Notes under the pieces: generated by a model | Told to the model about the DNA's origin: nothing | The model's input: only the letters and a program-made list of their open reading frames with translations | The model's database searches: none | Position numbers and translations under genes: made by a program | Assembly: GCA_964457495.1 (NCBI GenBank) | Contig: CAYWGN010000003.1 | Coordinates: forward strand, 1 to 62,845 | Direction: 5' to 3' | Length of the DNA stretch: 62,845 bases | Origin: an uncultured Desulfobacula sp. | Lineage (GTDB): Bacteria > Desulfobacterota > Desulfobacteria > Desulfobacterales > Desulfobacteraceae | Shown: positions 1-9,306 of the stretch, piece after piece | Layout of the letters: every line of letters starts with the position of its first letter | Position numbering within the stretch: position 1 is the first letter of the stretch

Positions 1-702
1 CATCCATCCCAGTCTTAAGCCCGGTGCCAGGATCTTTGAAAATGATCCCAGACTGATCAAGGGGCATTTGTCGATCCAGTTGCCCATGGGAGGGGGCGGA
101 TCATCTGAATAATTGAGGAAATGGTAGACCTCGTCCGCCACCACCAGCAAATCCTTTTGTGCACAGATTTTGACCAGGTCCTGCCGCCGTTTGTAAGACA
201 GGGTAACACTGGCAGGATTATGATAAGTAGGAATGACATACAGAAAGGAAGGCTTAAGGGTTTCAAGCTTTTTTTTAAGGGTATCTGTTACTATCCCGTT
301 ATCATCCACGGGGATACTCACCAGATTCAGCTTGTGATCGGCAAATATCTTGAGAGCCAGAAAATAACTGGGTTCCTCCACCAGTACTGTATCTCCGGGA
401 CGGGTAAACAATGTACAGATAAAATCCAGGGCTTGAGAGTTTCCATTGGTGATCAACAATTGCCCCGGATCAACTGGATTTGGATATTGGCTGGTTAAAA
501 AATCAGCCAGGGTTTGCCTGAAGTTAGCATTTCCCCTTTCTTCACCATAGGCAAGAAAAAAACTATTTTCTTTTGACAAGCAATGACCAGCGGCTTTTTC
601 CAACTCTTTTATGGGGAGCAAATGGTTGCTTGGCTGCCCCAGTCCCAGGTGGATCATGTTTGGGGGAAGATAAACCTGTGGTAGGGTCTGGTTAATATCC
701 AC
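1..702 (-). CDS. PLP-dependent aminotransferase, class I/II (MocR/ARO8-like), truncated by left window edge
   Basis: Not in ORF track. Hand translation from GTG at 702 (GGAG upstream) gives MIHLGLGQP, LLITNGNSQALD, VEEPSYF and SLGSFSKILAPGLRLGWM (PLP-lysine motif). Confidence 0.85.
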   Translation of the reverse strand, partial: MDINQTLPQVYLPPNMIHLGLGQPSNHLLPIKELEKAAGHCLSKENSFFLAYGEERGNANFRQTLADFLTSQYPNPVDPGQLLITNGNSQALDFICTLFTRPGDTVLVEEPSYFLALKIFADHKLNLVSIPVDDNGIVTDTLKKKLETLKPSFLYVIPTYHNPASVTLSYKRRQDLVKICAQKDLLVVADEVYHFLNYSDDPPPPMGNWIDKCPLISLGSFSKILAPGLRLGWM

Positions 703-730
703 GGCATTTCTCCATTTACAGGTTACCCGA

Positions 731-886
731 TCAGATTTTGAACAGGGACGAAGGCGAAGGGCATAAGGAATCCATTATAGCCAAATCTTTGGCTGCACAA
801 TATCCTTTGGAAAGATACCCCTGGTCAAATCCTTTTTGGGTAATAACCTGAAGATGGGTATGGTAGAACAATTTCCCGGTTTTCAT
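731..886 (-). pseudogene. C-terminal remnant of an M23-like protein, paralog of 2423..3085
   Basis: Translates to FYHTHLQVITQKGFDQGYLSKGYCAAKDLAIMDSLCPSPSSLFKI* versus FYHTHMQVITQKGLDKGYILKGYCASKNLYEIDELCPSPLSLFVI* in the intact gene. Confidence 0.85.
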
Positions 887-950
887 GTGCTTTAATATGT
901 TAATTTAAACGACCTCTTTATTTCGTTCTCTGTCAACTCAGTTTTTTAAG

Positions 951-2075
951 CTAAAAGGTTGTTTTTCCCCAATGTCTTACGATTTCAATATATGCTTCAA
1001 CTGCTTGATCAATTTTTGAAATGTGACAAAATTCATCTGTTTTATGGGCCATGCCGGGTTCTCCAGGTCCAAGGATAATACAAGGAGGATTGCCCAATGC
1101 AGTCTTAAGAACTGAGGCATCCGTAAAATATGAGGCTGCGCTATGATCAACGGAGTGATTTAAAATATTCCCCATAATCGTATAAACCGTTTGAATCCAT
1201 TCATTATCAGGATCAGTAGTTATGCTGTCGACTTGTTCCAAAAGTTTTATATCCACATCTTTTTCAAGAATATTCTGGATATCTTTTTGGATATTTATGG
1301 GGTCCTGACCTGGGATGGTACGCATATCAACTCCCATGGTTGTTCTGTCCGGAACGGAATTAATATTTATTCCTCCTAAAATCCGGCCGATGACTAGGGT
1401 CGGGTTGCCCAGCAACGGATGGGGTGCAATATTGAAGTTATAATTTTCAAGCTTTTTTATCACCTCGGCTGCTTTATATATGGCATTGTCTCCCAGTTCC
1501 GGCATTGATGCATGTGCGGCTTCTCCCTTGGTTGTAATATCAAGCCTGATACAGCCCTTGTGACCGATGAAAGGCAGGTTTGATGTGGGTTCGCCCACAA
1601 CCAGCGCACCGGCATCACACAAGGCGTTTCCCAAGCCGGCCAGGTAATAGGCGCCTTCACAACAGGTTTCTTCACCAGCAGTAAACACAAAAGTAATCTG
1701 TTTTAACTTTTCCGAATCATGAGCAAAAGACCGGGCCATCATCAGCATTGCGGTAATGCCGGCTTTCATGTCTGAGGTTCCTCTGCCGTATAGTTTGCCA
1801 TTATCGGTTTCCCCGGAAAAAGGGTCTTTTGTCCATGGTGCCTTTCCCAACGGAACCACATCAAGGTGGCCGGTAAAGCAGATAGGTTTTTTATCTGAAT
1901 TTGAAGGAATTTTGGCAACCAGGCTTGTTCGTTTGGGTGCAAAATCATAATATTCAACCTGAAAGCCTATGGTTTCAAGGAGTCCGCCAATATATTCCGC
2001 ACATTCAAATTCATTACCGGGTGTATTAATGGTGTTAAAAGCCAAAAGCTTTTTGGTTAATTCCAGACTGTTCAT
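951..2075 (-). CDS. M20 family metallopeptidase (ArgE/DapE-like deacylase)
   Basis: GHLDVVP, GRGTSDMKAG, GEE, GEPT and AHKTDE motifs; ATG 2075 has a GGAGA RBS. Confidence 0.9.
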   Translation of the reverse strand: MNSLELTKKLLAFNTINTPGNEFECAEYIGGLLETIGFQVEYYDFAPKRTSLVAKIPSNSDKKPICFTGHLDVVPLGKAPWTKDPFSGETDNGKLYGRGTSDMKAGITAMLMMARSFAHDSEKLKQITFVFTAGEETCCEGAYYLAGLGNALCDAGALVVGEPTSNLPFIGHKGCIRLDITTKGEAAHASMPELGDNAIYKAAEVIKKLENYNFNIAPHPLLGNPTLVIGRILGGININSVPDRTTMGVDMRTIPGQDPINIQKDIQNILEKDVDIKLLEQVDSITTDPDNEWIQTVYTIMGNILNHSVDHSAASYFTDASVLKTALGNPPCIILGPGEPGMAHKTDEFCHISKIDQAVEAYIEIVRHWGKTTF

Positions 2076-2260
2076 AAGGATCTCCAACGGATTCTTTCCT
2101 TTATTATATGTTAAACCCGTAGAATAGTCTAATCTTTAAATTCCAGTTTCCAAATTAAGTCAGATTATTCATTTTCAAAAAAAACTTTTAAAAATTAAAA
2201 AGACCATCACTCCCAACCGTCTATTTCGCCTCAGGTCTCTGTTAAAAACTTATAGCTCAC

Positions 2261-2426
2261 TAAGGATCGAAAATTTTATATGTTGAACTAAATTGCTTGT
2301 CTTTTGGCCCATCTACTTCGTTGCATCAAAGGCCGAATACGTATAGTATGCAACCTTTAATGCGCCTTGTATATGGGCCAAAATTCTTCGCAATTTTTGT
2401 CCAACTTATTTCATCTCCGATCCTAA
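2261..2426. repeat. Palindromic intergenic repeat (REP/MITE-like), copy 1
   Basis: Nested inverted arms TAAGGATCG/CGATCCTAA and TTTTGGCCCATCTAC/GTATATGGGCCAAAA; shares core motifs with 51578..51703. Confidence 0.7.
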
Positions 2427-3085
2427 ATAACGAATAAAGACAAAGGAGACGGGCACAGCTCATCTATTTCATACAGGTTTTTGCTTGCACAATACCCTTT
2501 CAAAATATACCCTTTATCCAATCCTTTCTGTGTGATGACCTGCATATGGGTATGATAAAACCAGTGACCATTCTCATGAAAATCTCCGATAAATGCAAAA
2601 GGTTCCCCTGCTTTAAATCCCCTTCCAGCCAGAGGCAATTTCTCTTTGTTCAGATGACCATAAAAACTGTAAAAAGTTTCAAAATTATCACTACCATGCA
2701 TGAGAAGAACATGCCCCCCATAATTACCATCCCCTTTTTCATACCCACTTTCTATTACAATTGAATCCAAAGGGGCATGCAATGGCGTACCAAGGGGGAC
2801 AATAATGTCAAGCCCCAGATGGTAAAATCGCTGTTCTTCAACCATCTGGGGGCATTGGGAAAGCGCTTTTTCCCGGTTTTCCAGATAGGATGATACGCCC
2901 CAGAAGTATTGACCTTTCATCATCTGGTCCAAACGTCTTTGAAATTCTTTTTGATCCCTGATATCCATGTTATCAAAGATCCTGCTTTGGCTTGATATAT
3001 CCACAACCAGAGGATCTCCTTCTAAGTTGTTGAACACAGGCTTTATATCTACTTTTCCACTATAGGCTATGTATGGATATCGCAT
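2423..3085 (-). CDS. M23 (LytM-like) metallopeptidase-domain protein, no signal peptide
   Basis: HLGLD (HxxxD), GNYGG, FYGHL and HTH (HxH) zinc motifs. Confidence 0.75.
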   Translation of the reverse strand: MRYPYIAYSGKVDIKPVFNNLEGDPLVVDISSQSRIFDNMDIRDQKEFQRRLDQMMKGQYFWGVSSYLENREKALSQCPQMVEEQRFYHLGLDIIVPLGTPLHAPLDSIVIESGYEKGDGNYGGHVLLMHGSDNFETFYSFYGHLNKEKLPLAGRGFKAGEPFAFIGDFHENGHWFYHTHMQVITQKGLDKGYILKGYCASKNLYEIDELCPSPLSLFVI

Positions 3086-3097
3086 TTACCTTCCTTT

Positions 3098-5560
3098 CTA
3101 TGAAACAGGAAAATCATTTGTTTTAGTAAGCCCCGGAACCTGAACAACCGGTTTTCCATTGTCGATTTCAACATCTTTGGCAAATGAAAAATTCTTATCC
3201 ATTCCCTTATAGTAGGATTCATCATAACAATTTAGTTTTAATTTCAGAAAGTCTTTGTCATTTATAAACGATGAGGTCAAACCATAATCCACTTCGCCCA
3301 GCCGGGTGAAAATAATATATCTGGGGATTTCCCTTCCGCTGCCTTCCCTTCTGACCATGGTGGCAATATCGGTCACATCATAGGAGTCTACGGGATGATT
3401 TATGTTCCAGGTTCTCTGAACAGGGAGACCGGCCACATAAAGATGGTGGAACTCAATGCCTGTTTTCCGGGTTGCATAGGCAAGCTCGTGAATGGCCACA
3501 TCTGAATCATTGACACCACCCAGCAACGTTACATTGCAATAAACTGTTATTCCCTTGTTATTCAGCCTTCTGGCAAGTTTTTCATGTTCATGGACAAATT
3601 CATCTTTTTGAATAAACCAAGTTTCTATTTCTACTCTTAAAGGATTAACAACACGCAGCTTGTTCAAGTCCCCAAGAGTATTAATGACAGCCCTGGTAAA
3701 GGACCTAGGAGACGTATTAAACTTCATGCTCCGAAGCCTGACCGCGTTGACATGGGGGATGTCTTCAATTTTTTTGATAATGCCTTTAATATAAAACAGC
3801 GCATCAATTGCATCTTTTTCAGACGATATGACCACATCAGTGATTCTGTTGTCTGATTTTATGTAATCGATTTCTTTATCTTGTGCATTAAAATCAATTT
3901 CAACCCGGGTTTCATGAAGGCGGCAAAGATGTTCCAAGCCTGTGTCCACAATGGATTGTGCTGTTTGCCTCACATTGACCAGTTCAAGTTTTAATTTTTG
4001 AATATCTTCTTTTTGGGCCGGACTGTTTTTTTCGGATGTTCTTTTGGGCCTTGACCCGATAAGATAGGATTCATCTCCTATTTGAGCCATATACTTAATA
4101 TCAATGGTACCTTCATCATTCGTCCTCATAGTGTCCAATTCATTGGAGAGAGGGGCAAAGGATTTAAAATACTCAGGCATATAAGGCGTCCTGAACCAGA
4201 GTAAATCGTCATTGTCTGCAACCTTTTCAACAGCCCATCCACTACTGAACCAGTCCATTTTTCCAACGGGCGTTGCCGTACATATCCGTGGAATAATACG
4301 ATCTGAAAGATGTGCTCGAAGATAGCCTGCCATATTAATACCATACGACAGCGGTTTCCAGTAGATACTGTTACCGTGAATCGGGCTGCAGGGAATGTAA
4401 ATATAATGCAGTTCAGCACCAGCGCCTCTTAGCAATCCAAAAAGTTTTATAAGCTCAGGCCCTTTATCATTACAGTCTCTCAAAAATGGGGTCTGGATAT
4501 AAACAGCAATCCCATTGTTAACAAGATCGGATATAATTTCAAGACTTTCAGGCGACACCTCATCAGGATGAATAAAATGGGTGGCTACTTCCATTCTTTT
4601 TCCGTGCTGCTGAAGTTCAAGACTCTTTTGCTTAAGGTATTTCAGATAAGCAGATTCATTTTCAAGAAAAAGATTAGGATAATAGGCAATGGACCGTGTG
4701 GCAAGACGGATGGTCTGCACATGATCCACCTGCATAAGCCCGTCTATGGTCGCTGCCATATTAGCCCGGTTCATAAACGGATCACCGCCGGTTACCACAA
4801 TTTCTTTCACTAAAGGAGAATTTCTTACATGCTCCACTGCTTTTTTGACATCATCCGGTTTTGGATTCTTCTCATTTCTGGAATCTTTATGTTTTCTGAA
4901 ACAGAACCTGCAATACACGGGACAGCTCATGTTTAAAAGAAAAATCACACGGTTCTGGTACATCTGTTCAAGCAGCCCGTCATGAAACTGGCCGATCCAG
5001 GTATTGGTAAACCCTGTGGAATCCAGCTCTTCAATAAAAGGCATGTACTGATAGGCAACCTTCTTTGATGCCATTATCTGCCGGATAGTATGGCGTGAAA
5101 GCCTGACCGGGTACATTTCAATAACTTTTTGAAGATCAGACCGGTTCTCTTCAAGAATATGAAAATTTGTTAACTTTTCAAGCTGTTGAGTGTCCTTTAT
5201 GGAAATATAACCACTTCCCGGGATCACCTGCTCGAGTATGGCCACAAGCAGGGCATGGGGCAATAACAGGCCCTGAATAGTAATTGCCTGACCCTGGGCC
5301 TGTGCAACGGCATTTAAAATAAAGCCATAAAAACCTTTGGGATCATTTTCATACCCTGTTGCTTTCAACAGATTTGAAAATTGAGTCTCCCCATCTTTGC
5401 CTCCGACTGTTTCCCAGAACTTGGTTTGAGCAAAGCCGCTGTTTTGATAGATTTCCAGGAACTCAACAGTACAATCGATCAAAGACTGAAGATTGACGGT
5501 CACCTCTTTTTTTGAGTTTTTAAAAACTACGGTTATTGATTTGTCTTCATACTTTTCCAT
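3098..5560 (-). CDS. KamA-family radical SAM aminomutase-like protein with a second degenerate KamA domain
   Basis: CPVYCRFC, TGGDP, THFIHPDE and PVGK motifs; the C-terminal half repeats the fold without the Cys motif. Confidence 0.85.
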   Translation of the reverse strand: MEKYEDKSITVVFKNSKKEVTVNLQSLIDCTVEFLEIYQNSGFAQTKFWETVGGKDGETQFSNLLKATGYENDPKGFYGFILNAVAQAQGQAITIQGLLLPHALLVAILEQVIPGSGYISIKDTQQLEKLTNFHILEENRSDLQKVIEMYPVRLSRHTIRQIMASKKVAYQYMPFIEELDSTGFTNTWIGQFHDGLLEQMYQNRVIFLLNMSCPVYCRFCFRKHKDSRNEKNPKPDDVKKAVEHVRNSPLVKEIVVTGGDPFMNRANMAATIDGLMQVDHVQTIRLATRSIAYYPNLFLENESAYLKYLKQKSLELQQHGKRMEVATHFIHPDEVSPESLEIISDLVNNGIAVYIQTPFLRDCNDKGPELIKLFGLLRGAGAELHYIYIPCSPIHGNSIYWKPLSYGINMAGYLRAHLSDRIIPRICTATPVGKMDWFSSGWAVEKVADNDDLLWFRTPYMPEYFKSFAPLSNELDTMRTNDEGTIDIKYMAQIGDESYLIGSRPKRTSEKNSPAQKEDIQKLKLELVNVRQTAQSIVDTGLEHLCRLHETRVEIDFNAQDKEIDYIKSDNRITDVVISSEKDAIDALFYIKGIIKKIEDIPHVNAVRLRSMKFNTSPRSFTRAVINTLGDLNKLRVVNPLRVEIETWFIQKDEFVHEHEKLARRLNNKGITVYCNVTLLGGVNDSDVAIHELAYATRKTGIEFHHLYVAGLPVQRTWNINHPVDSYDVTDIATMVRREGSGREIPRYIIFTRLGEVDYGLTSSFINDKDFLKLKLNCYDESYYKGMDKNFSFAKDVEIDNGKPVVQVPGLTKTNDFPVS

Positions 5561-5657
5561 CTGAACTTTCCTTTAAATAAATATTGTTACCTTATTTTCT
5601 TTTTTATTTTTGCAAATGCCTCATTCTAATTTTTCAACAATGAGGTCAATTTTGTTT

Positions 5658-5984
5658 TCAATTCTTTGGGGCCTTAAATAAATAATAGACTGTATTCCTC
5701 GGAAACCCGCACCCCATAACTTTGGCGAAAATTTTATCTTCAGACCCCGGAGCAATTTGAATAACCAGATATTCCCTTGAAAAATCAGTGTCAATGACCT
5801 TCTGCCATGAATAATTTTCTTTTTTCAGATACTTGTAGGCAATAATATCATCGGAAAATATTGAATTCTTTTCTTTTGTTAAATCATTTTCAAGAATAAT
5901 ATAACTCCTTAAAGGATCAAGATTTTTCTTAATCCAGCCAAAACTTTTTTGAATTATTTTATGATCTGAAAAATTTTTAAGCAT
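5658..5984 (-). CDS. hypothetical protein
   Basis: 108-aa ORF co-oriented within the operon; no motif recognised. Confidence 0.55.
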   Translation of the reverse strand: MLKNFSDHKIIQKSFGWIKKNLDPLRSYIILENDLTKEKNSIFSDDIIAYKYLKKENYSWQKVIDTDFSREYLVIQIAPGSEDKIFAKVMGCGFPRNTVYYLFKAPKN

Positions 5985-6088
5985 CAGTCTTTTTAACCTT
6001 ATTTTTAACGCACCGCTCCATTTGAATTGATCTTAATTCTATTTTTTATCTGATTTTTTTTAAATTTAACTGATCTTTATTTTTCGCA

Positions 6089-7186
6089 TCAAACCTTAAG
6101 CAGCCGACAATGCTCAGGATCAACTTTAACAAACACCTCATCACCCCGCCGGTACGGAGATCGCTTGACAAAATTGATTGCATGCAGCACAAGCTTGTTT
6201 TCAAGTTCTACAAAATAACTGACTTCTCCCCCCATATAACTGCGATCCTTTATCTTTCCGAAAAAAACATTCATTCCTTGTTCCGGGACATGGTCTGCTC
6301 TGTAACCCAAGTGACATTTTTGCGCCCGGATTACCATTTCCACCTTGTCTCCTTTGTTAAATTTTCCTGCCGGAACTGCAAGGCAGCTAGTGTTATCATC
6401 CAGGGTGACACTCAAATAATTGCCTTGTTTCTCATTTACAAGGGCATTGAGAAAATTGGAATGCCCTAGAAAATCTGCGACAAAATGATTGATCGAGTTA
6501 TTATAAACCTCTTCAGGATCACCTTGCTGCTGAATAAACCCGTCTTTCATGACCACTACCTTATCTGACATGGACAATGCCTCTCTTTGATCATGGGTAA
6601 CAAAGATAGTGGTCACTCCCAAAGCCTGCTGGAGATTATCAATCTCTCTTCTCATATCTTCCCTTAAATTCTCATCCAGAGCTGATAAGGGTTCATCCAT
6701 CAACAACACATCCGGTTCAATAACAATGGCTCTTGCAAGGGCAATACGCTGTTGCTGACCACCTGATAACTGGGACGGCATCCTGTCCCCGACTCCGGGA
6801 AGCCGGACTGTTTCCAGGGCTTTTTCAACTTTTTCTTTCATAATGGCTTTTGATGCACTCCTGTACTTGAGTCCAAACGCCACATTATCGAAAATGGTTT
6901 TATGGGGAAAAAGTGCATAGTTCTGAAAAATGATACCCAGGTTTCTCTTGTGAATGGGTGTGTCATTAATCCGTTTACCCTTGATAAAAATATCACCATG
7001 GGTTGGTTCCTCCAAACCTGCAAGCATTCGCAAAAGTGTTGTTTTGCCGCATCCTGACGGCCCGAGAAGCGTTACCAGAGAACCCTCCGGAATTTCAAGG
7101 TCCATCTTTTTAACGGCAACAACTTTTCCAAACCGCTTTTCAATTCCTTTGAACTTTACAAATGCAGGATCTTTTTCCTGTTTCAA
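6089..7186 (-). CDS. ABC transporter ATP-binding protein (PotA-like, TOBE domain)
   Basis: GPSGCGKT, LSGGQQQR and DEPLSALD; TTG start with GGGAGA RBS. Confidence 0.92.
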   Translation of the reverse strand: MKQEKDPAFVKFKGIEKRFGKVVAVKKMDLEIPEGSLVTLLGPSGCGKTTLLRMLAGLEEPTHGDIFIKGKRINDTPIHKRNLGIIFQNYALFPHKTIFDNVAFGLKYRSASKAIMKEKVEKALETVRLPGVGDRMPSQLSGGQQQRIALARAIVIEPDVLLMDEPLSALDENLREDMRREIDNLQQALGVTTIFVTHDQREALSMSDKVVVMKDGFIQQQGDPEEVYNNSINHFVADFLGHSNFLNALVNEKQGNYLSVTLDDNTSCLAVPAGKFNKGDKVEMVIRAQKCHLGYRADHVPEQGMNVFFGKIKDRSYMGGEVSYFVELENKLVLHAINFVKRSPYRRGDEVFVKVDPEHCRLLKV

Positions 7187-7214
7187 AACATATATCTCCC
7201 AAACTGTCAGAAAG

Positions 7215-7268
7215 AAATCTTCAGAACCTGTAAGCTTGACACAAAGGAATCAGGTTCTGAAGATTTTT
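7215..7268 (-). terminator. Stem-loop after the SBP gene (terminator or mRNA stabiliser)
   Basis: AAATCTTCAGAACCTG...CAGGTTCTGAAGATTT inverted repeat. Confidence 0.6.
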
Positions 7269-7276
7269 AAGTTAAA

Positions 7277-8437
7277 TTATTTACCGGCCATTATTTTATC
7301 AAATTTTTCCGCCCATTCAAGCTGCTTTGGACCCCAGTATCCGGGATCTACAAAAGAATACCCTTTCAAAGTTCCTGTTGGATCAAATCCAGGCAGGCTG
7401 GCAACATCCGCAGGAATTTTAACCTTTGTCGGGTCAAGGCTCGGCGGATAGCTTTGTCCATTTGCAACGGCAAATGCACATTCCGGAATCAGCATATAAT
7501 TGAGAAGTTTATATGCATCGTCAAGATTTGTTCCTTTCATAACAAAAATACATTCCTGCCATGTATATGCATTCTCGGGAATTAAAAGTTTTATATGAGT
7601 ATGCCCCTGCTTCTGTAGAGTTGTCACACGGCCCGACCATACAATTGATGCATAGACCTCTTCATTGGCCAATAGGCTCATCTGTTCAGCGCCGGAGGCC
7701 CAGTATTTTTTAAGAAGACCGCGTTGCTCTTCCAGTGCCGCCCATACTGCATTAATATCTTTAATATTATTAGGGTTCTGTCCTGTCTTCAAGGCTGCAT
7801 ACCAGATATTTGTTCTCCAGTCTGTCCATGAACCGAGCTTGCCTTTAAGGTCTTTATCCCAAAGCAAGGCTGCCCCAAGCTTCTTGGCTTTTTCATCTGA
7901 AACATATTTTGAATTATACGCTAGAGTTGTTAAACCGAAATCATACGGAACCGCAGAAAGTTTTCCCTTTGAAATTGCACGGAGAGGTTCCATCATTGCC
8001 GGCATTACTGTCTTTAAATTAGGTATTTTGCTTTCATCAAGGACCACATCAAATCCTAGATCCACGTAGCGCTTATAGTCAAAAACCCCGGATACATGGG
8101 CAGTGTTAAACTCTCCGCCGGGAGGAAATGATGCCTTTACCTTTGTAAGATAAGAGTCTCCATCGCCGAATTCTCCATCAATCACCTTGATGCCGGTTGC
8201 CTCAGTGAACGGCTTAAAAGCATATTTCCTAAATGCTTCTGAAGTAGAGCCGCCCCAACCATCAAAACGTATGGATTTTGCAGCCAGAGCATTTCTCATC
8301 ATTCCAAAAGGTCCGCCAACAAGACCTAATGCAGCGCCTGAAATGCCTAAATACTTTACAAAATCACGTCTTGAAATTTTGCCTTCCATAAAATTTTCAT
8401 AAACATCGTCAAGCCTTTTCCCTAGTTTTTCTTTCAT
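7277..8437 (-). CDS. ABC substrate-binding protein (PotD/PotF-like), Tat-exported
   Basis: SRRDFVK twin-arginine signal; GWGG, AVPYDFG and WSGR motifs. Confidence 0.88.
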   Translation of the reverse strand: MKEKLGKRLDDVYENFMEGKISRRDFVKYLGISGAALGLVGGPFGMMRNALAAKSIRFDGWGGSTSEAFRKYAFKPFTEATGIKVIDGEFGDGDSYLTKVKASFPPGGEFNTAHVSGVFDYKRYVDLGFDVVLDESKIPNLKTVMPAMMEPLRAISKGKLSAVPYDFGLTTLAYNSKYVSDEKAKKLGAALLWDKDLKGKLGSWTDWRTNIWYAALKTGQNPNNIKDINAVWAALEEQRGLLKKYWASGAEQMSLLANEEVYASIVWSGRVTTLQKQGHTHIKLLIPENAYTWQECIFVMKGTNLDDAYKLLNYMLIPECAFAVANGQSYPPSLDPTKVKIPADVASLPGFDPTGTLKGYSFVDPGYWGPKQLEWAEKFDKIMAGK

Positions 8438-8477
8438 ACTTCTTCTCCCTTTGATTTAAGATTAAACTACACTATGT

Positions 8478-9278
8478 TTATTTGCCCGAGCCTTTTGCAA
8501 ACTTTCTTGAGATATACCCTGCAAGCAGGGGGATTGAAATCGTCAGAACAATCATCACTGCACCAAGGGCATTAATTTCAGGACTGATGGAGTTTCTTAG
8601 CATACCGAATATTTTAATGGGAACAGTCTGGTTCTGAGTTGTTGCCCAGAAAAGCGTTGCGGTTACATCATCAAATGATATGGTAAATGAAAAAAGCATC
8701 CCGGCAAAAATGGCCGGTGCAAGTAATGGAAATGTTATTGCCCTAAATGTTTGAAACGGACTTGCACCCAGGGACAAGGCGGCTTCTTCGTATTCTTTTT
8801 TAATACCGACAAGCCTGGCCTGTACAATAAGAAGGACATAAGGCAGTGTCAGGACGACATGCCCAATTAGCAAAAGCAGAAAACTCTTTGGCTGCTGCAG
8901 CCATCTGATAAATAAAAGAAGAGCAACACCTAATACTACTTCAGGGACCATTATGGGAGCAATAAGAAGAGTGTTTAAAAATTCTTTGCCCTTAAATTCA
9001 TATCGTATAAACGCTATTGCAGCAGGCACACCAATAGCGGTTGAAAATATTGCAGTCAAAGAACCCAGAACCATGGAATTTTTAAACGCATCAAGGATGG
9101 AAGAGTTATGGGCAAGCTTTACAAACCATTTAACACTGAACCCTTCCATGGGAAAAGAACCAAACTGATGAGGGTTAAAAGCCAGGATAACAACCGCAAT
9201 GATCGGGGCAAACATCCAGACATAAACCAGCAGGGTATAAAGTTTGATCAATGACCAACCTGAAATTATTTTTTTCAT
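8478..9278 (-). CDS. ABC permease (PotC-like)
   Basis: EEAALSLGA EAA loop, SFDD, multiple TM segments; start could be 9293. Confidence 0.9.
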   Translation of the reverse strand: MKKIISGWSLIKLYTLLVYVWMFAPIIAVVILAFNPHQFGSFPMEGFSVKWFVKLAHNSSILDAFKNSMVLGSLTAIFSTAIGVPAAIAFIRYEFKGKEFLNTLLIAPIMVPEVVLGVALLLFIRWLQQPKSFLLLLIGHVVLTLPYVLLIVQARLVGIKKEYEEAALSLGASPFQTFRAITFPLLAPAIFAGMLFSFTISFDDVTATLFWATTQNQTVPIKIFGMLRNSISPEINALGAVMIVLTISIPLLAGYISRKFAKGSGK

Positions 9279-9306
9279 ATAGCGCCCTAACATTTAATTT
9301 GAATTA

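Noticed and set aside
121-498. Track ORFs 121..498 (+) and 57..266 (-)
   Set aside because: Shadows of the edge-truncated aminotransferase, whose frame carries the PLP motif.
3098-5560. Naming the gene kamA, ablA or epmB
   Set aside because: Double length and apparent loss of lysine-binding Asp residues; no efp or epmA nearby.
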